NCBI RefSeq assembly: GCF_030028105.1
Contig: NC_092379.1
Span: forward strand, 101,112,408-101,176,407
Reading direction: 5' to 3'
DNA: 64,000 bases
Origin: Mobula birostris
Taxonomy: Eukaryota
Part shown: positions 51,753 to 64,000 of the stretch, piece after piece
How positions within the stretch are numbered: position 1 is the first letter of the stretch
How the letters are laid out: every line of letters begins with the position of its first letter
The notes under the pieces: model-generated
Told to the model about the DNA's origin: nothing
Seen by the model: only the letters and a program-made list of their open reading frames with translations
Databases searched by the model: none
Made by a program: the position numbers and the translations under genes

Positions 51753-52117
51753 ATTTTGTTTAAAATCTGAGCTAGTAAAGTGGAATCTACTTCTACTGGG
51801 GACTGACATTTATCTATTATTTTCCTTGATTAGCAATGCTAATAAAAATCTTATGATTATCCTGCAATCAGAATAAATTTCGTGGAACTTTCAATATAGA
51901 CTGAAATATTGATGGTCTGATGGCAGTAGCATAAATATCACCACCGTGTCTGTTTTCAGAGATGGTGAATGGGAGTAATATTGAGTGGAAAGTGTGTTCT
52001 TAAAGGGCTAGATTTGCTTGGGCCCAATTAAATAGAAATTAACATTATTTTCAGAGTTCATTGTTTTTCTCATATTTAGTGGACACTTTGTGACACTAGT
52101 GACCTAAAATTTTCTGG

Positions 52118-52645
52118 TAACACATACAAAATGCTGGAGGAACTCAGCAGGCCAGGCAGCATCTATGGAAAAAAGTAGTCACGTGTGGGTAGCTTCCAAT
52201 CTGATGGCATGAACATCAATTTCTCAAACTTCCAGTAATGACCACACCCTCCCCCACAACATCCCTTCACCATTTCCAATCCTCTTTTCCCTCTTTCACC
52301 TTATATCCTTGTCTGCCCATCACTTCTCTCTGGTGCTCCTGCCCCCTTTTCTTTCTTCCATCACTATCAGACTCCCCCTTTTCCAACCCTGTATTGCTTT
52401 CACCAACCAACTTCCCAGCTATTTACTTCATCCCTCTCCATCCCGGTTTCACCTATCACCTTGTGTTTCTCTCTCCCCTCCCCAACCTTTTAAATCTACT
52501 CCTCATCCCTTTTTTCCCTCCAGTCCTGCCTATGGGTCTTGGCCTGAAACATCAACTTTGCTTTTTTTGCATAGATGCCGAGTTTCTCCAGTATTTTGTG
52601 TGTGTTGCTTGGATTTTCAGCATCTGCAGATTCTGTCTTGTTTGT
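52118..52645 (+). mobile_element. Penelope-like 3' fragment with inverted pLTR
   Basis: Inverted pLTR piece, then GSFQSDGMNINFSNFQ*, pyrimidine-rich UTR, decayed hammerhead and pLTR. Confidence 0.7.
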
Positions 52646-53677
52646 GTTTTAAATGTTTCTAGTAAATGCTAACAGTTGCATGTAGCAAACAGCTGGCATA
52701 TACCCCTGTAAATATTGGGAAGCTCGACATGTCCATATCCATAATGCATTTGTCCCAAACTTGCTGATGCATTCTAACTAGTAAATCAGTACACATATTT
52801 CCATCACTGGAATCCAATCATATGGCATGATGCTAGATTCCTGTCACTTGTGTTAGAAATTCTGCTCATGAGATCTACCCCAACTGCAGATTTCCCAATA
52901 ATATCCATAGATATTTTACAAATGTGAGTATATTAAGACTCCTTTTAATTATTCGAGTTTGCTATAATGCTTTTAACTCTTTTAGTCTTTTTAAGTGGCT
53001 TTGGGAAACGGCATCTAATTCCTTGTTTTATTTTAATAGTTCTGAATAACAGAGGTGTACATTCTAAATTATTCTCCAACTATCCTTCATCTGTTTCTCT
53101 CAACCGGAGAATGTGCAAGCTATTCAGAGTACCGAGTATTTAACAGTACCGAGTTCAACCTTGGACTCTCCAAACATACTTAACATAGGTTTTCAGGGGA
53201 AAAAAAAAGCAATGGTGCATCAGGGCAGGTGTTTTTGCTCAGATCTCTGGACAGGGACGGACCGACACAACGTTCAGTTTCATTTGCTAACAAACGAGTC
53301 AGCAAACAAAAGCAAGGAAGATTAAGCAACGTCCACGGCATATTTTGTGTTAAAATCATATGTAGTCCTACAGTAAATTGTCGGTCGCATTTCAGTTTCT
53401 GGAATAACGCGAATTGTCATTATTAATGGGAGCATATTATTACAGAAACCGGTGTTTTATTGCCCCTCCTTGGCTACCAACATATCTTTCACGGGCGGCC
53501 ATCTCCCTCCTCCACCTCCTATCCTGTATTTGACTGAATACAACAAGCCTTCTCGAGCCGAAACAGAATTAATAATTTGCTTTGGTCGTTCTAACACCCT
53601 GCCCTATTACGGATTCCTCTGTGGCTTATATATCCGAATCAATACTGTACGCTTCATGTCCAGTCGCTCTCACTTAC

Positions 53678-53685
53678 CTGCGCAT
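53678..53685 (-). CDS. RBM41: RBM41 exon 1 coding part (ATG CGC AG|gtaagt; MRR)
   Basis: Strong donor CAG|GTAAGTG in a CpG island; phase 2 matches exon 2; yields a 1194-nt CDS (397 aa). Confidence 0.85.
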
Positions 53686-53689
53686 CTTC

Positions 53690-54000
53690 TCAACAAGAAC
53701 GAACTAGAAGCAGGTTCTGCGCATGGGTCAAACACCCTCGGGCATCCTGGGAACTGTAGTCTATTTTGAGTATAACGCGACCATACGTGTATATGTCAGC
53801 CGCAAAGCAATAGCACGTTGGGATATGTAGTACAGGTATTTAGTGAAAAATGAGTATCTTATTATTTAGTTGTGTCCACTTCGAACAGTCATATAAAAAA
53901 ACTGAAATATGTGTATTAAGCGAAATTGGAAGCGGATTCCATTTTTGGTCACAAGGCCTCAAGCCTAGTCAGGCAGAGGTAATCAGGCCGGCGGGCAGAG
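53690..54000. promoter_or_regulatory. Bidirectional promoter RBM41 / COX11
   Basis: Two ZNF143/THAP11 motifs (TGGGAACTGTAGT at 53748-53760, TGGGATATGTAGT at 53819-53831); NRF1-like TGCGCATG at about 53718; CpG-rich on both sides. Confidence 0.75.
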
Positions 54001-54104
54001 ACTTGCTGCGGTGCGAAGGCTGAAGGTGATCAGTGATACCGGCGGTACGAAAGGCGGGAGTAGTGGACTCTGGTTCGTTGGGGAAAGTGTGGCCGCCGTC
54101 AGTG
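53975..54104 (+). other. COX11: Putative non-coding first exon of COX11
   Basis: GC/CpG-rich segment right of the promoter ending at donor-like GTG|GTGAGG; the first COX11 coding exon has an acceptor, so an upstream exon is required. Boundaries uncertain. Confidence 0.45.
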
Positions 54105-54519
54105 GTGAGGGGCGGAGAGGGCAGGGCAGAGGTTGAGACGTTGACCCTGTGATTTGAAGGGACGCCGGCAGTAGGGCTGCCTCAATGCAATACAAATTGA
54201 AGGGAATGTTTAACCCGCCAGGGTAGCCTCTGGAGAGAGAACGAGTTAGCTTTCTCGTTTCTTGACCTCCACTGGACTAGGCGTTTACGGGGCTTTACGC
54301 TACGTTGTTTCTCGCCTGGGAAGCTCTGATCTTCCCGGCGAGGACAAGCCGTCTCGGCCCCAAAGAACTAGGTATTGTGCAGAGCAGGAATCGGCTCTTT
54401 AGGCCACAATATCTCTGTCAAATTAAATTAAATCTCTTCTGCCTACACATGACCCAAAACCCTTCATTCCTGCCTCTACAGCACTTAAATCGTTTGTGCT
54501 TTCGCCATTATCCCAATCG

Positions 54520-54722
54520 TAGACACGAGATTCGGAGATTCTGTAGATGGTGGAAATCCTGAGCAGCACACATCAAATGGTGGAGGAAGTCGGCAGGTCA
54601 GGCAGCATCTATAGAGAGAAATCAACAGTCGAGTTCTGATAAAGGGTTTGTACTTGAAACGTCAACTGTTTATTAGATGTTGCCGGACCTGGTGAGTTCC
54701 TCTAGTTTTTGTGTGTATTTCT
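54520..54722. mobile_element. Palindromic Penelope-derived element
   Basis: Inverted pLTR arms around a decayed CTGATAA...GAAACGTC core. Confidence 0.6.
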
Positions 54723-56074
54723 CCTATCAACTCATTCCGGGCACTTACCAACCAATATCTGTGATTAGATGATTGCTGTATCACTATGGTTAAAGCAGTC
54801 TTCCCCAATACAGCCAAGTGTGGTTAATGGCTAACTGGAAAATCATATGTTGATGATGGTATTTTAAATACTGCTATTAGGCATAGACGATTGAATTTCT
54901 GCTAATTAAATAAGCATATAATTTATTTTTTTTTCCTGAACTTGCCACCTAATTAAGGTTCTGTCTGTTGGACATCAATGGAGGAATAAAATCTGCAATG
55001 ATTTTGAATAGAGCTCATCAGCTGTTGAGAGGAGGCAGGCCACAAGATTTTCCCTGTAGCAAACCTGAGAGAGATTACTCTGCAAATGGGTGACTTTTTT
55101 TAAAAAGCAGCCATGATTACCATCCTTCCAGAAATTTCCTCTCATGCTCTTGCTCTGAAGTACTTGTCACCCATGAAAAGTTCTTTAGAGGAACAGTCAT
55201 TGACTTGACTGAGAATGTTAGAAAGTGGTCATTCCAACCAACAGCAAGCAACACTGCAAACCCTGATTTCAAGCACATTTTTGCATGAGAAAAGAACGTG
55301 TTGTTCCATTGTATATTTCAGTTTAATCCTTTTTTTATTTTTATACATTCAGAGGAGGGTGTGTCACTGATAAAGCCAGCGTTTGTTACATTTGCCCTGG
55401 AGAATGTGCTAATGAATTATATACTTATATCATAGCAATTTATTGTGATATGCTCCAACTGTTCATTAAGGGGCTTTAAGGATTTTCATGCAGTGCCTAC
55501 CAAAGTCTAGTGATAGTTTTCAACCTGTAGTGGTGTATGGCTTGGCTAGATGATCATGTTCCTGTACGTGTCCTTGTCTTTCCAAGTTCCACAGTTTACA
55601 GGGTATGTTGAAGAAATTTTGGTAGATACTGCATTGCTTTGATTTTCAACCCAGTGGCCAGTGAGCCGCCTTTCTAATGTGGATTAGGTTTACAATTTAC
55701 TTACTGTGTATCTGTTAAAGAAAGGTTTATCATGCATGTCGCCTGGAGCAGAGTGCTGTACAATCACACCCAGCCTATGAGTTGAGAACAACCATTACAA
55801 CTGCATTGTATAGCTGATATACACACTGTAACCGCGACACAGAGGGGGTAGTGATGGAGTCCGGAGGGAGTATCTGGTGAATTGTGTGCTAATCTAATTG
55901 GCTTCTTATTTTACTTTCAAGCTTCCTGGATGTATTGGATCTACCCTTAATATACTATGGAAAATACATCATTCCTTTCACGATGTACCTTGGAAAGGCT
56001 CTGTTGAGATAGGTGAGTCACTTACAGCAAAATACTGTAAGTGACTCACCTATAAACCTTAGAGAAAAAAATTA

Positions 56075-57252
56075 ACCATAGTCATACTTTATTGATCCCA
56101 AGGGAAATTGGTTTTCGTTACAGTTGCACCATAAATAATTAAATAGTAATAAAACCATAAATACTTAAATAGTGATATCTAAATTATGCCAGGAAATAAG
56201 TCCAGGACCAGCCTATTGGCTCAGGGTGTCTGACCCTCCAAGGGAGGAGGTGTAAAGTTTGCTGGCCACAGGCAGGAATGACTTCCTATGACGCTTAGTG
56301 TTGCATCTCGGTGGAATGAGTCTCTGGCTGAATGTACTCCTGTGCCCAACCAGTCCATTATGTAGTGGATGGGAGACATTGTCCAAGATGGCATGCAACT
56401 TGGACAGCATCCTCTTTTCAGACACCACCGTCAGAGAGTCTAGTTCCATCCCCACAACATCACTGGCCTTACGAATGAGTTTGTTGAGTCTGTTGGTGTC
56501 TGCTACCCTCAGCCTGCTGCCCCAGCACACAACAGCAAACATGATAGCACTGGCCACCACAGACTCGTAGAGCATCCTCAGGATCGTCCGACAAATGTTA
56601 AAGGACCTCAGTCTCCTCAGGAAATAGCGATGGCTCTGACCCTTCTTGCAGGCAGCCTCAGTGTTCTTTGACCAGTCCAGTTTATTGTCAATTCGTATCC
56701 CCAGGTATTTGTAATCCTCCACCATGTCCACACTGACCCCCTGGATGGAAACAGGGGTCACCGGTGCCTTAGCCCTCCTCAGATCTACCACCAGCTCTTT
56801 AGGCTTTTTCACATTAAGCTGCAGATAATTCTGCTCACACCATGTGATAAAGTTTCCTACCGTAGCCCTGTACTCAGCCTCATCTCCCTTGCTGTTGCAT
56901 CCAACTATGGCAGAGTCATCAGAAAACTTCTGAAGATGACAAGACTCTGTGCAGTAGTTGAAGTCCGAAGTGTAAATGGTGAAGAGAAAGGGAGACAAGA
57001 CAGTCCTCTGTGGAGCCCCAGTGCTGCTGATCACTCTGTCAGACACACAGTGTTGCAAGCACACATACTGTGGTCTGCCCGTCAGGTAATCAAGAATCCA
57101 TGACACCAGGAAAGCATCCACCTGCATCGCTGTCAGCTTCTCCCCCAGCAGAGCAGGGCGGATGGTGGTGAACGCACTGGAGAAGTCAAAAAGCATGACC
57201 CTCACAGTGCTCGCTGGCTTGTCCAGGTGGGCATAGACACAGTTCAGCAGGA
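56075..57252 (-). mobile_element. 5'-truncated Rex1/L2-like LINE with open RT C-terminal half (330 aa)
   Basis: FDFSSAF, TGAPQRTVLSPFLF, KFSDD, YKYLG; tail aataaagtatgactatg. Confidence 0.9.
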
Positions 57253-57654
57253 TTCCATTTGTAACTAAACAAAAATTCAGAAACTGTACTAAGATCTGCC
57301 CTTTCTAAGTAAATTCGTGGAGAATTCTTCATTGTGAAAGGAAGGCTGAGTATTTCACCTTAAATGATGATCGATGCTTGTTAAGAGACTCTTCAGTTTC
57401 ATTGTCTGTAATGTATCTGAAAATTTTCTATCTTCCAAGCCTTTAGTCTGTAACTGGTGATATTTAACAATGACTGCTTATAATGTGAGCAACACACCCA
57501 AAATGCTGGAGGAACTCAGCAGGCCATGCGGCATCTATGGAAAGGAGTAGATGTTTCGGACCGACCCCCTTCATCAGGACAGTGATTTCATTTTGAAAGA
57601 CAACATGGCCTCTAGTGTTCAAGGTTCATAGTGCTGTTTTGTCTTGTTGTCTTA

Positions 57655-58410
57655 GACACATAGAAAACCTACAGCACAATTCGGGCCTTTCGGCCCACAA
57701 TGCTGTGCCGAACATGTACTTTCTTTAGACATTACCTAGGGTTACCCATAGCCCTCTATTTTTCTAAGCTCCATGTACCTATCCAGGAGTCTCTTAAAAG
57801 ACCCTATCGTATCTGCCTCCACCACCATTGCTGGCAGCCCATTCCATGCACTCACCAATCTCTGCATAAAAAAACTTACTTCCTGCTATCCCCTCTGTAC
57901 CTACTTCTAAGCACCTTAAAACTGTGCCCACTCGTGTTAGCCATTTCAGCCCTGGGAAAAAGCCTCTGACTATCCATACAATCAATGCCTCTCATCATCT
58001 TACACACCTCTATCAGGTCACCTCTCATCCCCTGCCGCTCCAAGGAGAAAAGGCTGAGTTCATTCAACCTATTCTCATAAGTCATGCTCCCCAATCCAGG
58101 CAACATCCCTGTAAATCTCCTCTGCACACTTTCTATAGTTTCCACATCCTTCCTGTAGTGAGGTGACCAGAACTGTGCACAGGACTCCAAGTGGGGCCTG
58201 ACCAGGGTCCTATATATTTGTAACATTACCTCTCGGCTCTTAAACTCAATCCCACGGTTGTTGAAGGCCAATGCACCAAATGCCTTCTTAGCCACAGAGT
58301 CAACCTTTGCACCAGCTTTGAGTGTCCAAAGGACTCGAACCCCAAGATCTCTCTGATCCTCCACACTGCCAAGAGTCTTACCATTAATACCATATTCTGC
58401 CATCACATCC
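57655..58410 (-). mobile_element. CR1 3' fragment
   Basis: RDLGV...YRTLVRPHLESCAQFWSP...RGDLIEV. Confidence 0.85.
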
Positions 58411-58689
58411 AAATTCTTAATTTGTAACAGAAAAAACAAGCAGTGTTTGAACTTGTAATGTATAGGTGGGTATCACATTCTTTGCAAGGTGCCAGGGATA
58501 CAATGAAAAATTACATAAATACAAATCTTATCAGCTGAGTGAATATTACCAAAAGAACATTCCAAAGTAAAGTTAATTTCCGGAAAAATGTCAAATGAAA
58601 TTAATTAACAATTAAAGCATTAGTTACATCACATTATTACAAACACTTCAGCAGGGGCCAAAGGGGTAAAAATTATTAAAGGGTTAGTT

Positions 58690-60215
58690 TTTTAATCATT
58701 AGAGTGCATTGCATTTAAGGTGAGAGAGGGCAAGTTTAAAAGGAGATGTGTCGAGCAGGATTTTTTTTAAAAAACAGAATGGTGGGTGCTTGGAGTGGTG
58801 GTGGAAGCAGATACAATAGAGATATTTTGAGAAGCTTAGATGGGCGTATAGATACACAGAGAATGGAGGATTACTGACTGAACTGGCAGAAGGCATTGGT
58901 TTAATTAGGAGCCACTAGCTTAATTATATTGGCACAACTGCATGGGCTGAAGGGTCTGTGACTCTGCTGTACTGATGGAGCAGGCCACAAGTTTTGTCAC
59001 ACATTCCAGTAATGTTTTGATGAGGACAGTACAGTAGAGTTGGTTTACATGGACATCAATAAGGTCACACATGGGAGACTGGTCCAAAAGGCTAGGGGCC
59101 AAGGATTCAAGTCGGCAAAGATCTAAGCATTGCTTGACAATAGAAGAAAGAAGGAGATAGCAAAGGGTTGTTTTAACAGCAGGATGCCCATGATTCGTCA
59201 TGTTTCACAAGGATCGCTGCTGGGACCCTTGCCATTTGTATTATACAAGAATGACAGATGGCTTTGAAGGAAGCGTAATCAGCAAGTTTACAGATGATAC
59301 AAAGACCAGTGGAGTTGTTGACAGTGAGGAAAGGAGTCTTTTGCTGTGTTTTGGCATTGGATCCAAAAGGTTCCCATCTATCATCAGGGAATTCAAATTC
59401 ATTTGACAAATTTACCTGATTTAACAATGTCTTTACCATAAAAATTGCAGAGGGTCAAGGCAGCTCACCACCACTATCTAAATCAATTATGGTAGTCAAT
59501 AAATGTAAGTCTCAACAGTGATCCTAACATTCCATGAATGGAAAAGAAAGGTGGTTAGAAGAAAAAAATCAACAAAATAGATTTCTGGATTATTGGAATC
59601 TCTTCTGGGGAAGTAATGACCTGTACAAAAAGGACAGGTTACATTTGAACCAGAGGGGCACAAATATCTTTAAGGGCAGGTTTCCTAGAGCTGTTGGAGA
59701 TGTTTGATGTAGAATCCTTCTGAGTAGACTTAGGAAACTGCAAGAGTAAAAAGACACTGATGGGAGTTATGTATAGACCCCAGAATAGTAGCCATGATGT
59801 AGGATATTAATAAAATCAAGAGATGGAAAAGGTATGTAATAAAGCGAGATCCCAAAAGAGATGGAATGCCTACGAGATAGCTTTTTAGAGTAGCTTCTGG
59901 TTGAGCCCATTAGGGAACAGGCAACTGGCTAACAATGGCTGACACTCATTTAGAACAGAGATGAGGAGGAGTTTCTTTTGACAGAGGGTGGTGAATCTGT
60001 GGAATTCATTCCCACAGACGGCTGTGGAGGCCAAGTCATTGAGTATATTTAAACTGAAGGTTGATAAATTCTTGATTAGTCAGGGAGTCAGAGGTTACAT
60101 GAAAAAGGGTGGAGAACGTGGTTGAGAGGGATAGTAAATCAGCCATTATGGAACGGTGGAGTAGACTTGATGGGCCAAGTAGCCTGATTCTAATCCTATG
60201 TTTTATAATCTTATA
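58690..60215 (+). mobile_element. Cluster of degenerate CR1 fragments
   Basis: SKFTDDTK remnant, ORF1/endonuclease remnants and two CR1 3' UTR ends. Confidence 0.6.
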
Positions 60216-60751
60216 TCAGGAAAGTAATTCACACTTTACTCTATATTAGGTTTTAACTATATTGAAGTTGCAACTACAGTGGCTTCAATGAGTAGTAGGC
60301 AACTGTTTCCAAGCATGATATCCAAGCTGATTTATTATTTTTTTAACCTATATTATTATTTGCTTTTGGTCGATATTTTTCCACTTTCGTTTCCTGGTTG
60401 GCTTAATCCAAGGGCTGACATTCTTCCCTTTTATCTTCCATTTCCTTTTCAAACTAGATTCAGAACTCACATCAGATTAATTTGATGTAGCTGCATATTC
60501 CTGACAATCCTGAGAATTTGATGCTGAGTTGTTCAGTATTTTATTGAGTAAATATTATTTTGGTACTTTATATAACTGTGTTAGCAGTTAACAAAATGAA
60601 CTAAACACTAAAGTGATAATTGAAAAAATTTGGCAAGTTTGTATAATGTCATTTGCACTTGCCGTACTATTGATAAGTAATCAATGGTACTCTGGTATTG
60701 GGGTCATATTTGCGCCAATGACTGGTGGTAATATACTGTACTAATTTTTGT

Positions 60752-60770
60752 GAGCCACTAGAGGGCGCGT
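60752..60770 (+). promoter_or_regulatory. CTCF-binding motif
   Basis: GCCACTAGAGGGCGC matches the canonical CTCF core and retains CpG in AT-rich unique sequence. Confidence 0.6.
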
Positions 60771-60892
60771 TAGATTTAAAGAACAGAAAAAATGCAACAT
60801 TTATTAAGAAATGAGAAGATATCAATCAAGATAGTTTTATGGTTGTAATATTAGTAACTTTTTAATTGTGATGGATAATATACCTGCCTCTC

Positions 60893-62235
60893 CCAGGTTG
60901 AGAAGTTGCTGCAATCGATTGTTAGGGATGAGATTACAAAGTACCTGGAGGCACATGACAAGACAGGCCAAAGCCAGCATGGTTTCCTGAAAGGAGAATC
61001 CTGTCTGACTAACCTACTGCAGTTCTTTGAGGAAATTACAAGCAGGATAGACAAAGGAGATGCAGTAGACGTGATATACTTGGATTCTCAGAAGGCCTTT
61101 GACAAGTGAGGCTGCTTAGCAAGATAAGAGCCCATGGAATTACAGGGAAGTTACGAGCATGGGTGGAGCATTGGCTGGTTGGCAGAAAACAGAGGGATCC
61201 TATTCTGGCTGGCTGCCAGTTACCTGTGGCGTTCCACAGGGGTCGGTGTTGGGACAGCTGCTTTTTATGATGTATGTCAGTGATTTGGACTACGGTATTA
61301 ATGGATTTGTGGCTAAATTTGCCGATGAGACAGAGATAGGTGGAGTAGCGGGTAGTGTTGAGGAAATAGAGAGACTTAGGTAGTTTAGGGGAATGGGCAA
61401 AGTGGCAAATGAAATACAATGTTGGAAAGTGTATCGTCATGCACTTTGGTGGAAGAAATAAACGGGCAGTCTATTATTTAGATGGGGAGAGAATTCAAAA
61501 TGCAGAGATGCGAAGGGACTTGTGAGTCCTTGTGCAAGATCCCTGAAGGTTAACGTCCAGGTTGAGTCAGTTGTGAAGAAGGCGACTGCAATGTTGGCAT
61601 TCATTTCTAGAAGTATAGAACATAATAGCCAGGGATGTGATGTTGAGGCTCTATAAGGCACTCATGAGACCACACTTGGAGTATTTTGTGCAGTTTTAGG
61701 CTCCTTATTTTCAAAAGGATATACTGACATTGGAGAGGGTTTAGAGAAGATTCACAAGAATGATTCCAGGAATGAAAGGGTTACTGTATGAGGAACGTCT
61801 GGCAGCTCTTGGGCTGTATTCCCTGGAGTTCAGGAGAATGAGGGGGGATCTCATAGAAACATTCCGAATGTTAAAAGGCCTGAACAGATTAGATATGGCA
61901 AAGTTATTTCCCATGGTAGGGGATTCTAGGACAAGAGGTCACGACTTCAGAATTGAAAGATGTCCTTTTAGAACAGAGATGTGGAGAAATTACTTTAGTC
62001 CGAGGGTGGTAAATCTGTGGAATTTGTTGCCATGAGCGGCTGTGGAGGCCAAGTCATTGGGTGTATTTAAGGCAGAGATAGATAAGTTCTTGATTAGCCA
62101 GGGCATCAAAGGGTATGAGATGGAAGCAGGGGAATGGGGATGACTGGAAGAATTGGATCAGCCCATGATTGAATGGTGGAACAGACTCAATGGACTGAAT
62201 GGCCTACTTCTGCTCCTCTATCTTATGGTCTTAAT
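60893..62235 (+). mobile_element. CR1 LINE RT and 3' end
   Basis: QHGFLKGESCLTNL, PQGSVLG, KFADET, RVVNLWNLLP; CR1 tail tcttatggtctt. Confidence 0.9.
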
Positions 62236-62434
62236 ACAGGACTCCATCTCAATATTTAACCATTGAGGAATACTGGTAATGCACTTCTGTAATGTACGAA
62301 GAAGAAACATGTTTTTTTTAAAATATATTACACTTAATTTCAATTTTTTTTTCCAGACCTTGTAGTAGGCTGCCGTTTGCTATCAGCGTTGAAAAAGGAA
62401 AAGATTGCATAATAGTACCACGGTTTGGTTAACC

Positions 62435-62746
62435 ATGAACATGCTTTGGTCCTGTTGGGCAAAACTTTATGTGGTGCCCTCTTGTAAAGCCTGTGCAAGA
62501 AGCCTACAGCAGTTTAATTTACCAAGATTATATTCCACATTTAATCGGTTTACTGTTCAAAAACTGAACAATGTGACATCGCTACAACCAGTGAGAAGTG
62601 TCAAGGGTCACAATCCGTTCACTAGAAATCAGGAAGAGGAATGGAGAAAGAGGAATAAAACTGTACTTACATACATAGCAGCAACAGCAATTGGGATGAT
62701 TGGCATGTCGTATGCTGCTGTGCCTCTCTACAGGCTCTATTGCCAG
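62435..62746 (+). CDS. COX11: Cytochrome c oxidase assembly protein COX11, first coding exon (exon starts 62357)
   Basis: Basic mitochondrial-presequence-like N-terminus, then NPF...EEEWRKRNKTVLTYI...GMSYAAVPLYRLYCQ; acceptor (t)nccag at 62356, Kozak ACCATGA, donor CAG|GTGAGT. Confidence 0.93.
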
Positions 62747-63223
62747 GTGAGTGAAATTTTACGCTTGTCCCAGCATACAACTAATTTATTGGCTCGTATC
62801 AAAATAAACATGCCATGAAGGCATTTACAAGTGTTTAAAAATACTTACTTGCTTAAAGTGATCATCGTAAATTTGTTCTTAGAGATAGACAATGAAATTT
62901 AAAATAATCACTATATTTTCTAAGTAAAGCTGTGAGGTGGAAAAATGTGGGATTGAGAATTTATTTCTGCACAACTCATGGAGAAGCAACAACCAAGTTT
63001 TTGCTTATTCAAATTCTAAGGCAATATTTCTTCTGAAAAGCTGCCCAATATTTCTCCTTTAGTCAATATCATTAATTCCGTGTCTAGTCATAAAATGGAG
63101 AAATTAAATAGAAGAGTGCATTATTCTTAGTGAAAGCAAGATGTTCACTTAATTGTGTGATAAAAATGTCTAAGGTTTCCTAGTTTCAGGAAGTTGTCTT
63201 TAGTTCTAACAAATTGCTTTCAG

Positions 63224-63379
63224 GCTACAGGACTGGGTGGAACTGCAGTAGCTGGTCACAGTGTGGAACAAGTAGCAACTATGGAACCAGTGAAGGATCG
63301 AGTTATTAAAATTATTTTCAATGCTGATGTTCATTCCAGCCTGCAGTGGAACTTTAGACCCCAGCAAACAGAAATTTAT
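63224..63379 (+). CDS. COX11: COX11 second coding exon (ATGLGG...FNADVHSSLQWNFRPQQTEIY)
   Basis: Acceptor tttcag with a ctaac branch point, donor GTGAGT; 156 nt; the gene continues beyond the window. Confidence 0.95.
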
Positions 63380-64000
63380 GTGAGTAATTTATTTATGTAT
63401 TTGATGTGGGGGAACTGATCTCTCAACTATGCAACTTAAACTAGGAAGTCATAAGCAATGCAAGTTTTGGTGTTGAGGCATTATTCTAATCCAGGACTTC
63501 CAATTGCACAATACATGAATTAGTAAATGGAACAAGAAGTAACTGACTGCCTTGGAAGTTAGTCCATTGCATCTTCTGGACTTGGGACACAACCAGTAAA
63601 TGTTAGAGCACCAAACCAGGTTTTTTGCCTTCAGTCTTCTCTACACACACTTAAATCAAATCCCACTTCCCATTCCATTCTTGCACCCGTCCCCTTTTGC
63701 CATAAATATTTCATTCATTCATTCTATCTATATCCCTTATAATTTTATATACCTCTGTAAATCTCCCCTCATTCTCCTGCAGTCCAGGGAATAAAGTTCC
63801 AACCTATTCAATCTTTCCTTATAACTCGGGTTATCAAGTCCCAGCAGTATCCTTAAAAATCTCAATATTTCTTACAGTTAGGTCACCAGAACTATACGTA
63901 GTACCCTAAATATGGTTTCACCAATATCTTCTACACCTTCAACATAACATCCCAACTTCTGTATTCAGTGCCCTGATTTATGAAAGCCAATATGCTAAAA

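Noticed and set aside
53649-53657. Alternative RBM41 start ATG AAG CGT (MKR)
   Set aside because: No phase-2 donor follows it; the ATGCGCAG|GTAAGT site fits exon 2.
23845-53685. U12-type introns or a tandem U11-binding enhancer (USSE) in RBM41
   Set aside because: All six donors are U2-type; only isolated ATATCCTT matches were seen (for example about 32181-32188 on the minus strand), no tandem pair.

Overview
Vertebrate genomic DNA, AT-rich and repeat-dense. The repeat content (CR1, Rex/L2-like, L1, Penelope, V-SINE, Tc1) suggests a cartilaginous fish such as a ray; this is inference. Three spliced genes are present: (1) the first two coding exons of a MORC3/MORC4-family GHKL ATPase on the minus strand, start codon at 19519, with the rest apparently left of the window; (2) a complete 7-exon RBM41 gene on the minus strand (53685 to 23845, 397 aa); (3) the first two coding exons of COX11 on the plus strand, apparently driven from a bidirectional CpG-rich promoter shared with RBM41 that carries two ZNF143/THAP11 motifs. 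The introns hold a full-length L1 with an 18-bp TSD, two full-length Tc1 copies with complementary lesions, nested insertions, and many Penelope-derived short elements carrying minimal hammerhead ribozyme motifs. Highlights are the hammerhead-bearing Penelope family, a candidate poison exon in RBM41, a hairpin-sequestered splice donor in the COX11 5' region, a stop-free in-frame MORC intron, and a perfect 150-bp inverted duplication. All comparisons to known proteins and consensus sequences are from memory, not from searches.
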